Source: Psammoneis japonica (lineage: Eukaryota). From it: DNA of 27,309 nucleotides. Shown here one piece after another: positions 1 to 10,450 of the stretch. Location of the stretch: contig QPGO01000254.1 of assembly GCA_008632985.1 (NCBI GenBank), forward strand, positions 62,001 to 89,309, given 5' to 3'. The translations under genes and the position numbers were made by a program. Every line of letters starts with the position of its first letter. Position 1 is the stretch's first letter. Below the pieces are notes generated by a model, which was given only the letters and a program-made list of their open reading frames with translations, was not told the DNA's origin and searched no databases.

Positions 1-911
1 GCGTGTCGTATGTGAGTGAGGAAAACACCAAGGTTGCCAAGTGGCGTATGCACGGTGACTTTTTCCATCCTGCGGCCTGGGAAGTGTGCAAGGATTCGTA
101 CGACATGACTTGGATTCCTGATTCTCTTTCTGGAGCGGGGGGTGTCAATGGTATCTGCTACCCTCACGATGGTGAATCCGTGGTTGCTCGCAAGCTTGCC
201 AGTGGAGAAGAATGCGGTCAATGGTGGGTCTACATGGCGGAGGAACAAGTTCCTACCTCGCCCGAGGTTTACGCCAGTCAAGTTACTCCACCTGTCGTTC
301 AGGGCGGATCCAACTTTATCTGGATGGCTACCGAGAGACAGCGCCGTGAAATTGTCAAGAACATGATTTGCCGTCACGAAAATGGCGACAAGAGTGACAA
401 GTGCGGCGAGAACCCACAGGCTGTCATGCCACTTGGTGATTTGGAGAGTTTCCTCATTAACTACACTCCCAACACGGGTCTTGGAAAGCAACACGTCAAG
501 GACCGCCGACCTGGATACTCGCGTGCCGCCGAACGCGAGCTGGACCGCGAAAAGGTGCGCGAGCGCAAGCAACTCAAGGGTCAAGAAGACATTGAAAAGG
601 CGCTCTTTGATTACACCATTTACCCCGCGGCTCTCTTCCACAAGGATGCCACGCTCAAGGCGGCTCGAGCACGGGATGCTGTCTTGACCAAGTCTGTCGA
701 CAAGGACGCTGTGGGACCTCAGACGGTCAAGTCGAGTTATTATGATGTTACCATTACCAAGCCTCGCGAGGCCACTCTTGGTTGGTGTCAAATGATTGCC
801 CGTCGGGGTCTGTGCACATTGTACGGAGACTACTTTAGAACGTCCAACGATGCCCGCTGTATGGAAGCCTGTGGTATGAAGAAGAACTGGACCAAATTTA
901 ATAAGAAGTAA
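1..911 (+). CDS. 3' part of a gene of unknown function, running in from the window edge; possible ShK-like Cys motif near the C-terminus
   Basis: Frame open from position 3 to TAA at 909-911 (302 aa) with protein-like composition; C-terminal CQMIARRGLC...CMEACG. Confidence 0.7.
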   Translation, partial: VSYVSEENTKVAKWRMHGDFFHPAAWEVCKDSYDMTWIPDSLSGAGGVNGICYPHDGESVVARKLASGEECGQWWVYMAEEQVPTSPEVYASQVTPPVVQGGSNFIWMATERQRREIVKNMICRHENGDKSDKCGENPQAVMPLGDLESFLINYTPNTGLGKQHVKDRRPGYSRAAERELDREKVRERKQLKGQEDIEKALFDYTIYPAALFHKDATLKAARARDAVLTKSVDKDAVGPQTVKSSYYDVTITKPREATLGWCQMIARRGLCTLYGDYFRTSNDARCMEACGMKKNWTKFNKK

Positions 912-1186
912 GCCGGAGGTCCAGGATGTTGATTTAGAGCCATCGGGGACGAATGCCTGACAATGTGTTTTGCGCATTAAGAGATATAACCAGATTTAGT
1001 TGTTACAGAATGCTTCTCTAAATATGGTAGCGTTGGCAATGTGATCACTGACTGTGCAAAGTCGCTCGTCGCTGCTGCAATCAGTCTACTTTCCTGTAAC
1101 GCAAGAATAAGCGGTATTAATAGTACGACGAGGGAGGTATGAGGCGTACTCTAGAAGGCCAAAGCTAAACTCAATAACCAACAGCG

Positions 1187-2224
1187 TCACGACTTTCCTG
1201 TTGAAACACATTCAAACGATCGAAACAAGCCAGCCGAGTAGGCTTCCTCTTGCACAATGCTCAGCCCGGGTGTCTCTTCAATCATATGCGTTACATCCTG
1301 ATTGTACACACAGCCCTTTCCACCAGCCGCTGCGGCAGTCTCGGCTGTCAAATCTTGGTACCAACCCAAGACCTTGTTGGAGGACTTTGTGTTTTCCAGC
1401 AAAAGCACTCGTCCTGTTTCAAGGTGGATAGAGTAGGTGATGCGATGAATTGAACATACAGAGTTGCTCCACGGCAGCATAGCAACATATCATTTCGCTT
1501 ACCGTTTTCGGGTTTGACGACTAGACTCATTTGCTGTAATGCAGCCTTGGCTCCTTGCGTCCCCATGACACAGAGCGAAAAGGTATCAACCACGGTATCA
1601 AACGAGGCTTGACCAAACAAGTCGACAAGGTCACGGGTTGCGTCCGCCTGGAGCACTTGAATGTCAACACGTTGCAAATTGTTCAATGTCTTGATTCGTT
1701 CCTTGGCTTGCTCTAGCATTCCTTGTGAAATATCCACCAAAGTCAAGGATTCAATATTGTTGTTGTTGTAATAGTCTAGATTTAATCCCGTCCCGACACC
1801 AATTTCCAAGACGCGACCCGTAGCTTTGGAAAACAAGCTTGCTCGTGCCTCGTTGATCCCCAAGGCAGACGCGGCGGTGCCGCCATCCAATTCATTGTAC
1901 GTATTGGCATAGGAATCGTACGCATCCGAAGCTTGCTCTGGCGACAATGCAATGGCAGACTTTATATTTGAGTGGCAACGCTCGCACATGCCAATCCAGT
2001 TGTCAAGAGACTTCGGCGGTTCAACTCAACTTCATGTGTCGGGTCGTGACTTTTTCAGCGATGTGTTTGATTGAATCATTTCTGGAGCTTTTCAGTCGAG
2101 TCGAAGCAACTTTTGGAACGTCTCGTGTATGCCTTGAGCCAACTACTTGTATCAATGCCTCTATCTGTGCACTTCTTCTGAAGCAACACACAAAACAAAG
2201 TAGCACGAAAAATTGTAACAACAT
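1187..2224 (-). CDS. Class I SAM-dependent methyltransferase (Methyltransf_11/25-like) with N-terminal targeting presequence; intron 1414-1502; two apparent 1-nt deletions (~2053, ~1965)
   Basis: Motif I VLEIGVGTG, then VDISQGML, QADA, FDTVVDTFSLC. A GTAAGC...AACAG intron joins KPENG to RVLLLE. Hydrophobic N-terminus MLLQFFVLLCFVCCF from ATG 2224. Confidence 0.85.
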
Positions 2225-2842
2225 GGTGGATCGAGGAGCTCGTTACTCTATTCCTGTGTTGTTCTCTAGCTAGAAGCTAGAACCCGTGTGTTGCACAATC
2301 GGTATACTTGTTGCATGCGTTGGCACCACCTTCTGAATTCAATTACAGCAGAAAACGGAAGATCAATATAGGTACTGTACGGTTCCACGTATTCAGTTTT
2401 TGTTCAATGTTGAAGCTGGATGTGCAAGATTCTTGTCCTTCGAATGCATCTTTTCTTCGTGCAGAAAAAGACTGGCCGTAACAGAATCCATTCACGTGCG
2501 TCACGAGTAAGGAGTTACACTTGTAGAGGCGGGATTGTTGAAGTTACTAACTAAGCAACACAGACAACGATCCATGCATGCAGAAGCAAAATCATCCTCG
2601 TCTCCTGCCTTGGTATGTGCCCTCCCTGCCGTGAAATTTCAAAAACTGCCGCCAACATCAGTCCTTCAGGCTCGTGCGTCACTACTTAAGGAGCAGGAAA
2701 AAGTCCCTTCTGGGTGACACCTTCATTTAACGACAGCGATGTCAAGACACCAAATGAACGATTTTCATTGGTCATCCGATAAGAAAGCGAAACGCACTTG
2801 ACCAACAACGCCACCATATCCTTTAAATAAATGATCGCCAAA

Positions 2843-2981
2843 ACGTCAGAGTTGGCTAAATAATTAGCTCACTTATTCTGACATCACTCGAAAACTGGTG
2901 AGGTGTGTCAGGTTGGACCGTCCGCGACCAATCAGAAAGCAAGACTGTGAAAGCATTCTGATTGTACGAGAGTTCTGACGT
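2843..2981. promoter_or_regulatory. Two TGACGT (bZIP/aureochrome-type) elements and a CCAAT box upstream of the HSF gene
   Basis: ACGTCA at 2843-2848, TGACGT at 2976-2981, CCAAT near 2928. Confidence 0.25.
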
Positions 2982-3229
2982 AGAAATCTCCGTAGCTTCA
3001 CAAATTGTTTGATGCAATTGGCGGCACGTACAGCGCCGTACAAAACCTACACAAAAACACAAACATCACTTTTTGCTTGACGCCGCTTCAGCACTTCACA
3101 CACAACCTTGATGCCAATCGAATTGCTTTTGCGTTCGTCACAAAAAAAGTTGAAGGCAAAAGGCATCACGATATGCAGTCGTTGACACCACCAACAAATT
3201 ATTCTAATCAACCTTGTAACTCCATCAAG

Positions 3230-4034
3230 ATGCCGGACTTTGCAGACAGCTTTGTGACCAGCTTCGCGTACCCACGCACCGGCAAACGAGGAGTCCCTCA
3301 GCAGTTCCCGAGGCGTCTGTATGAAATGCTGGAGAGCGAGTCAAAGTTGGCGGCATTGTCACCCGATCACCCTAGAACCATTTCGTGGTCTCCATCCGGC
3401 AAGGCCTTTGGGATCAACGATGTTAGTCTCTTTACCTCTCAGGTTCTTTCAAAGTACTTTCGCACGAGCAAGTTTAGCTCCTTTCAGAGAAATCTTAACT
3501 TGGTAAGTTCAGCTTGTTGTAGGAATTCTTTCTACGAGTGAATTTGCACCATTCATACAGCGATGGCTTGCAGTCCTGCCCTTATGAGCGTCTCTGTTGA
3601 AGTCTTGTCGAAACAACAAACGGTCTCACACTTTTTCTTCTCTGTTCCTATTGTTGTTCAAACAGTATGGCTTTACCAAGGTGCGTCGTGGTCCTGACGC
3701 CGATATGTACGGCCATCCTTCCTTTCTCCGAGGACACGCAGAGCTGCTCTCCCAATTACGAAAATGCAAGTCAGCTTCTGCACGACTTCGTGCTGCAACT
3801 TCGTCTTCATCTTCCAGCAGTGGTTCCGACTCGGACGAATCATCTCCCTCGTCGCCTCTGGTCCAGAAGCAGTCTCGATTCTCAAAAGGCTCTCACCCCT
3901 ATCACTATGAAATGGGAGCACGGGATGCCACGTCAAGAATCACAACCAATTTTGCAGGTCCCACCAGCAGGCTTGCCTTGCTGGCGACCGTCTTAGAATC
4001 ATCCGCACCCATGGCGATCAACCAAACGGTGTAA
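3230..4034 (+). CDS. Heat shock transcription factor (HSF DNA-binding domain); intron 3503-3665; alternative start ATG 3173
   Basis: FPRRLYEML...ISWSPSGKAF...VLSKYFRTSKFSSFQRNLNL|YGFTKV...HPSFLRG; GTAAGT donor, TCTCAC branch, AACAG acceptor. Confidence 0.93.
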
Positions 4035-4319
4035 TAAGGAAGGAGCATTTTGTTGTAAATAATATTTGCTTCCAACCGCGCTATGTAAATAATCAACCAA
4101 GTCGTGCTAAAAGCTAAACAAGAGGACAAAGCTAAGAAGCACGTACACGCTAAATTAATAAATTACAATCTACATGCAACTCAAACTCCCATTCGTCTAT
4201 TGTATGAAGGTAGGAAAGGGCTGGAGGGCCGACATACAACAGGTCCTGACTCCTCCTACCTCTGATGCCTTTTAGCTCGTATTTGCACAAAAAGCTCGTG
4301 ATTTCATAACCGTGAGTAC

Positions 4320-5599
4320 CTTGGGCATCGCTGGGCATCATCGTGCACGCCACAAAACCATGTGTCACACGTGATCTGTTTCCGAATCATCAAGCTTTGT
4401 TGTCCATGCCACATTCTCTGTTGGCACTCTGAGTCCTTGCTCACATTGAAGAATGATGAGGACACAGACACATGTTCCCGCTCGTGTTCCCCCCCCCCCC
4501 CCCCCCCTCACAGATCTCATGCAACAAAAAAAGAGATTGGCTCCAGCCGGGGGCATTGCACCACCTCCACACAAACAAAAGTTCTGACTTGCAAACAATC
4601 TTTGACACAATGGAGAGAAGCCTTGCAAGAGAAGAAATGATGAATTGGGTTCACATGTTGTGCGTTCATTTTCATCAGTTGTTGCGACAATTGCAGTGCT
4701 GTGCTTTTCCTTGCTGTTGCTTTCCTTGTGGAGTTTCTCTTTGCAGGTCACACAATGCCATGCATTGTTTCCAATGAGATCACTTGTTGTGTCAGCCTGA
4801 ACCGAGCACTGCTGCTCTCTTGAGTGGAGCCAGAAGACATCTTGAGTTGGTTAGAAGTGCTCTGATTTTTGGACAAGTTAAAGCTCACCTGCTTGCTGCA
4901 ACGGTTTGAAAACATGCTCTGTTTCTGCAAACCAAAGTTTGCCCTTGGTGCCCTCACCAGTTTTCTTCTCCTTGGCAAGCAGCACATGCAACATGAACAG
5001 AGGAGCCTTTTTTGTGCTTTTTGATTCAATTTTTTTGTTGCAACAGCACTTGCACCTTCAAATTTGGTGCTTGATGAGAGAACACAGCCTCTTCTGACAA
5101 GCACTCTGGCAAGAACACAAAATGAGCTGGTCAAAAGAACAATGACTCTGATGGACATCAGCTTCTGAAACAAGCCATTTGATTCATGACCCACCCACAA
5201 ACTTGCTTTTGAGGTGTGTTTAATTTTTGATGCACAAAGAGTGCAAGACAAACAAAAGAGTTGGTGGACAAACACCATCTCCACTGTCAGCACACTCCTC
5301 TGAATCGCCCAAAGTTGCGGTGCTGTGATCGCATGTTGCAAGCAGCACTGTGAACTTTTTTGGCAGATCATTGTGAAAGTGGTCTTGTCTTGGCCAGTGT
5401 TGCCATTGTGGCACTTAAACATGTCAAACAAGAACGACCCAAGATGTTGGATGCAAGTTGCCAATAATTGGAGCCACAGGAGACTGGCATTTGCAAAATG
5501 CAAATTGGAAATGTTTCCCTCTCCTCACAACCAACCCGCCCCTTCCGGTGGTTGTGTGTGTCGTGTCTCGTGTCACTCCGCGACCCAACCCGCCAGGCT
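4320..5599. mobile_element. TpA/CpG-depleted island, probably a hypermutated repeat or transposon relic of unidentified family
   Basis: Only 5 TpA in ~1.28 kb, few CpG in the core, Tyr-free ORFs, C19 run at 4489-4507. The composition is seen directly; TE identity is inferred. Confidence 0.55.
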
Positions 5600-5944
5600 T
5601 AAATAATATGCGGTTTGTATCATTTTATGATATCCCAATCTGTATATTATTTCTATTCCGTAATTCAAATTGCCACGACTGCAGTCATTGCCGGCGCGTG
5701 GCCGTGGCTTCTCGTTCCCTGGGCGTCTTCGATCTTGTTTCTGCGTTAGCGTGTTGGAGTGTACCGGTATAACCTTCTTCTTATCCTCCCATTTTGTTCT
5801 TTAAGCATACATAGCGATCGCTCCTTCATATATATTCTTTTACTGAACCAGTTCCTTTTACATTCCTTACCAACAGCCGGTATCTTTCTTTAGACTTACG
5901 GACGACGGGTTCTTGAAAAAGAAAAAGTGCTACTTTTCTCCACG

Positions 5945-7548
5945 ATGAAATCACTCGTGTTTTTTGTATTGTTGTCGCATACAACAACCATGGCGAAATC
6001 GCCGCTTGGCAGTGACTGCAATGTGGATTCGGATTGTGACAGTCGCAGCTGTGTCTTTGGACGTGGCACTTCTGGAAAATGTGTTTGTAACGAAGAAACC
6101 AACGCGGGTTGTAAAGACGGTCAAGAACAGTGCGCTATTCCACCCGGAGTTGCTGATGTCTTTGCCGAATGCTTGCCCATTTTTTGCCAACAAAATTCGG
6201 ATTGCTTCTTTACGGATCGGTGCTTCTTTCCGATGAATCGACCACTGGATGCTCCGGGAACGTGTCAATGCAATTCAAAAACACATATCGGTTGTGAACC
6301 GCCCATGATTTGTTCTGATGAGGATATATTAACCGAGGGTGGATTACCAAAGTGTAAAATTCCAGACGTGACGCCCGGATCGTGTTTGCAAAATTCGGAT
6401 TGTATCGAAACGAATCGTTGCTTTTTCGGCTTTAAATCACCCAGCGCGGCAGGAACGTGTCGGTGCAATTCAAAGACAAATGCCGGTTGTGAGCCGCCCA
6501 TGATTTGCACCGATGAGGATTTGGCATTGGATGGATTTCCCCGTTGTAAACTACCAACGACAGAGCCGGATTTGTGTTTGCAAAATTCGGATTGTACCGA
6601 AACGAATCGTTGCTTTTTTGGATTTCAACCACCCAACACACCGGGAACCTGCCAATGCAATTCGGAAACCAATGCGGGTTGTACCGAACCCTATTTTTGT
6701 ACCGACGTGGACATGGCCTTTGACGGACCGCCTCGATGTGCACTAGCCGTGGGAGAATCCTGTGAAGAGGAAAAGGAGTGTGAAACCAAGCTGTGCTATA
6801 AAAACTTTTTGGTTCCAGGCATGTGTATTTGCAATATGGAAACGCACTTTGGTTGTGCCGAGGGAGAAAAGTGTTTGCCGAATCCAACCATGGCCGATGT
6901 CCCACCGTCGTGTGTTGCGGACGAAAAAGAAGAAACAAGCAAAAAGGCTGGTATTGGCGAAAATTGTCAAAGCAACGACGATTGTGCCACGGAGAGATGT
7001 TTTTTTGGAGAACACCCGACGATACACCCGGCACGTGTCAGTGCAACGCAGAGACCAATATTGGTTGCGACCCGCCCCTGGTGTGCTCGGACGGGGCAAC
7101 TGCGGTGGATGGTGAGCCTGTCTGTACCATTTGTGGCAATCCCGAGGATTATTGTGTCGGTATGGACAATTGGATGGACTGTCGAGATTTGGAAATGACG
7201 GGATGTGACGTTGTTCAAATTGAAAAGTCGTGTCCGCTTCAGTACGAGTGCGTCGATTACAAAACGCCGTCTCCGACACCCTCTGCAACAACCGTACCAG
7301 ACAATAGAGAGACGCCACCACCGGTTGGATCGACAGACACGTCTCCTCCGACCGTTTCTATGAGCATGGCAACGCCTCCTCCGACCGTCTCTATGGAGAC
7401 GCCAACATCTCCTCCAACCGTAACTATGGAGACGCCAACACCTCCTCCAGTGGACGATCCAACCCAATCTCCGTCCGAAGCCAACACGATTCGACTGCCA
7501 CTTGTCGTGTTTTTATTCACTCTGCTTTTTCTCATTTCAGTAGCATGA
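5945..7548 (+). CDS. Secreted Cys-repeat protein 1 (~534 aa after repairing a 1-nt deletion at ~7011-7017); Pro/Thr stalk; GPI-like or TM tail
   Basis: Signal peptide MKSLVFFVLLS...; repeated 8-Cys modules (C-x4-DC-x4-CFF...GTC.CN..T..GC); METPT/PPTVS stalk; tail LPLVVFLFTLLFLISVA. Confidence 0.85.
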
Positions 7549-7941
7549 GAAGATTTCTTATTATTATTACTATTTAGACGATTTGCTTTATAAAGCACAG
7601 TAGTTTTGCTTGCTGATGCTACGGGATCCTTGATGAGTTTCAATCAGAGATGTAGCTTGATGACTCCTGCGGGCTTCCAAACTCGGGACGATTTTATTCT
7701 TGTTTGACGGCAGTTGTTGTCCCGTCATGGTCATTGCTCAAAATCTCGTCCTTGCACTACTTCAGCGCGTGCGTACAGTACGTGCAAGACGAAATCCGTC
7801 GCTTTGAGGCAGGCAAACCCAGTACTCTAGCTTATGGCTCGTCAATATGCAATCATTACTAACACAGCAACAAGATCTACCTTAAAACAGCACTATCGAC
7901 AAAAGACTCTGTATTTTTTTTTCATACGAGTACTCATCACA

Positions 7942-10003
7942 TTACAAAACCAAAAGAGAAAAAATAGAGGCAAGGGCGGTGAGGAAAAAGTTGCCACATG
8001 GCTTGTGAGGAGACGACGCAGAGGTTGTCGCCCCTTCTTCCGTGAGGTTCACATTCGGCCCTTTCGTCGGCGCCAATTCTTGAGGGGCAGGTGAAGAAGC
8101 GACGATGCCGGAGGAGGGTTGGAAAGAGGGCGCCAATTCTTGAGGGGCAGGTGAAGCGATGATGCTGGAGGACGGTTGGAAAGAGGGCGCAAGCGAAGGT
8201 TGGAAAGAGGGCGCAAGCGAAGGACTGGCACTTCCGTCCGCGCAGAGTTCCACGATAGAAGCCGACCCCCCTTCTGCTGGAGCACCGGCAACAAGTAGGC
8301 CCCCTTCGACTGAAACGCTCTCCCCAAAATTTGCAAAGCTCTTATCATAAGGTATCATTCCAAGAAGTGCCCATGTATTCTCCGTGCGAGTGAAGACGTA
8401 GACTGCTCCGCTCCATGTGGCATTGGGGGTGCTATCGTCCTCTGGAGCCCCGACGGCAATGACGTCCTCGTCGATGGAAACGCTCAATGCATAGTTTTTC
8501 TTTCCTGCTACATCATCAAAGCCAAAAAACCTGGCTTGTTGTGTCCATACATCGCCCGTGCGTGTGAAAACAAAGGCAGAGCCGTTATTTGACTTTATGC
8601 CAGTACCGGCAACGATTGTGTCCCCATCGATATCCACGCTGCTGAATCCAAGAGTTTCACGGTTAGATTGCGCCGCATCTCTATCCAATAATTCAGCCTG
8701 CTGAGTCCAAGTGTTGTTGGATGAGCGGGTGAAAACATAGACCGAGCCGTATAAATCATTTGCACCGACAACAATCGTATTGCCGCTTATCGCCACACTC
8801 TCTCCGAACTCTTCTACTCTTGAAGCATTGACCGTGAGTTTATCTTGCTGGGTCCATGAATTTCCCTCGCGAACAAAGACATGGACCGCTCCTCTGAAGT
8901 CCCGGCGTGCTCCAACAACGACTGTGTCTCCTTCTATCGCACGCTGTTCCCGAAATCATCGCCTAGCTCCCCGATTACGAGTCTGGCCTGTTGTGTCCAA
9001 TTGTTTCCAGTGCGAGTAAAGACATAGACGGACCCATAATCTTCAAATGTCAAAACAGATCCGTCATCCGGACCAGGTATTCTAGCACCAACAACAATTG
9101 TGTCTCCGTCAATTGCCACAGAGCGTCCGAACCAAAATTCGGCATCCGCAATCCCATCCTCGGAGGGGCGGACCTTGGCCTGCAGGCCCACTCATCGTTT
9201 TCCGTGCGAACGTAAATGTAAGCCAATTCTCGAGCGCCAACGACAATGGTATCCTGATTGAGTGCCACGCTCAGCCCAAATTCGACAAATGTTTCATCTG
9301 GAAGTAACTCGATGGTAGGACAGTCCAGGGACGGGGCGGTCGGAGCCGACGGGGCTGACGTCGGCAAAGTCGTCGGCAGACTGGTTGTAAGATCCCCCGG
9401 CTCCCAGAGACATGAACTTGAATCGACCACCTCGGCAAGGAAGGAAATAATATCCTCGTTGGTACAAGTTCCAGAACAAGAAGAGACGCACAATGGATTT
9501 GAATTCGGAGGCGCTACCCGCGTTGTAATTGGTTCACAGTAGATCTTATCAAAGTCGGTTGTGCCATCAGGGCACACCAAGGCAATAAAGATTCCTTGTC
9601 CAATCGATTCGTTGGAAGGAACGGAACAGTTGAAGGATTCTGTGGGTGCTTGCAGACGCGCCCTGACAGCCAGTGCTGACAAGAGGTCCACAAGAGCATT
9701 CCTTGCGACACAGTCGACGAGCACTCTACCGGTGCCTGAACACGTCCACGACGAACCTTGCTGTACGCAATCGGTGCCTTTCGAGTCCAAAAAGACTAGT
9801 TCTGCACCACATGATATGGTAATAGATGGAACAAGAGCCGGGCAACCACTGCTAGCCGACGCTCCAAAATCCAGAAGGTATCTTCGGAAGGGAAACTCCC
9901 GCTGTACAGGCGCCTGTAATAAGTGTCGCTGGAAGTCTAGGCCGGCGCCGTTCTGGATGATGAACGCAGCAACAACATGCAGTAGACGACTTGCAATCAG
10001 CAT
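7942..10003 (-). CDS. FG-GAP-repeat 7-bladed beta-propeller surface protein (~687 aa after repairing 1-nt deletions at ~9186 and ~8940)
   Basis: Seven FG.SVAI.GDTIVVGA-type repeats across three joined frames; signal peptide; Cys-rich N-terminal domain; LAPSFQPS stalk repeats; hydrophobic C-tail. Confidence 0.87.
8069..8222 (-). repeat. Coding tandem repeats (60-bp and 24-bp periods) forming the LAPSFQPS stalk
   Basis: GGCGCCAATTCTTGAGGGGCAGGTGAAG occurs twice 60 bp apart; GGTTGGAAAGAGGGCGCAAGCGAAGG recurs at a 24-bp period. Confidence 0.85.
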
Positions 10004-10450
10004 ACGGTGACGACATAGAATACATAGGTGGGTTAAGTCCACTTCCTTTTGCTCTCTCAACTCTCAACCACACTGCACACTGAACGTAACGAGCACAAGC
10101 CACAGCTTTTTCGTTTCTTTATTACTTCAAAATTCTAATTTCAAGAATTGGGGTTCCTATATAGTATGTATTTATTCGATTGTGGATACATCTATAACGA
10201 TTGTTACAATCGTCTGTTTCCGTTGAATTTCAAAATTTTCTTTTTATTAAACAACTCACATACATGATCATACGCGGACCTCTAGCTACGAATTCAAAAA
10301 TGTGATTATGGACGTTGGCTGTTGATTGAGGGATGTTGTTTGACGCTCACACTTTTTCGACCGCTTCTTGTCACTGCCTTTGAAAGATTCAAACAGACTG
10401 TGTTTTTTGAATTGCTAAAGCTTTGGTCGTCCGATAAACAAAAAATCACC

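Noticed and set aside
4748..5503. 251-aa minus-strand ORF in the left island
   Set aside because: Tyr-free, no recognisable motif, explained by stop-codon depletion.
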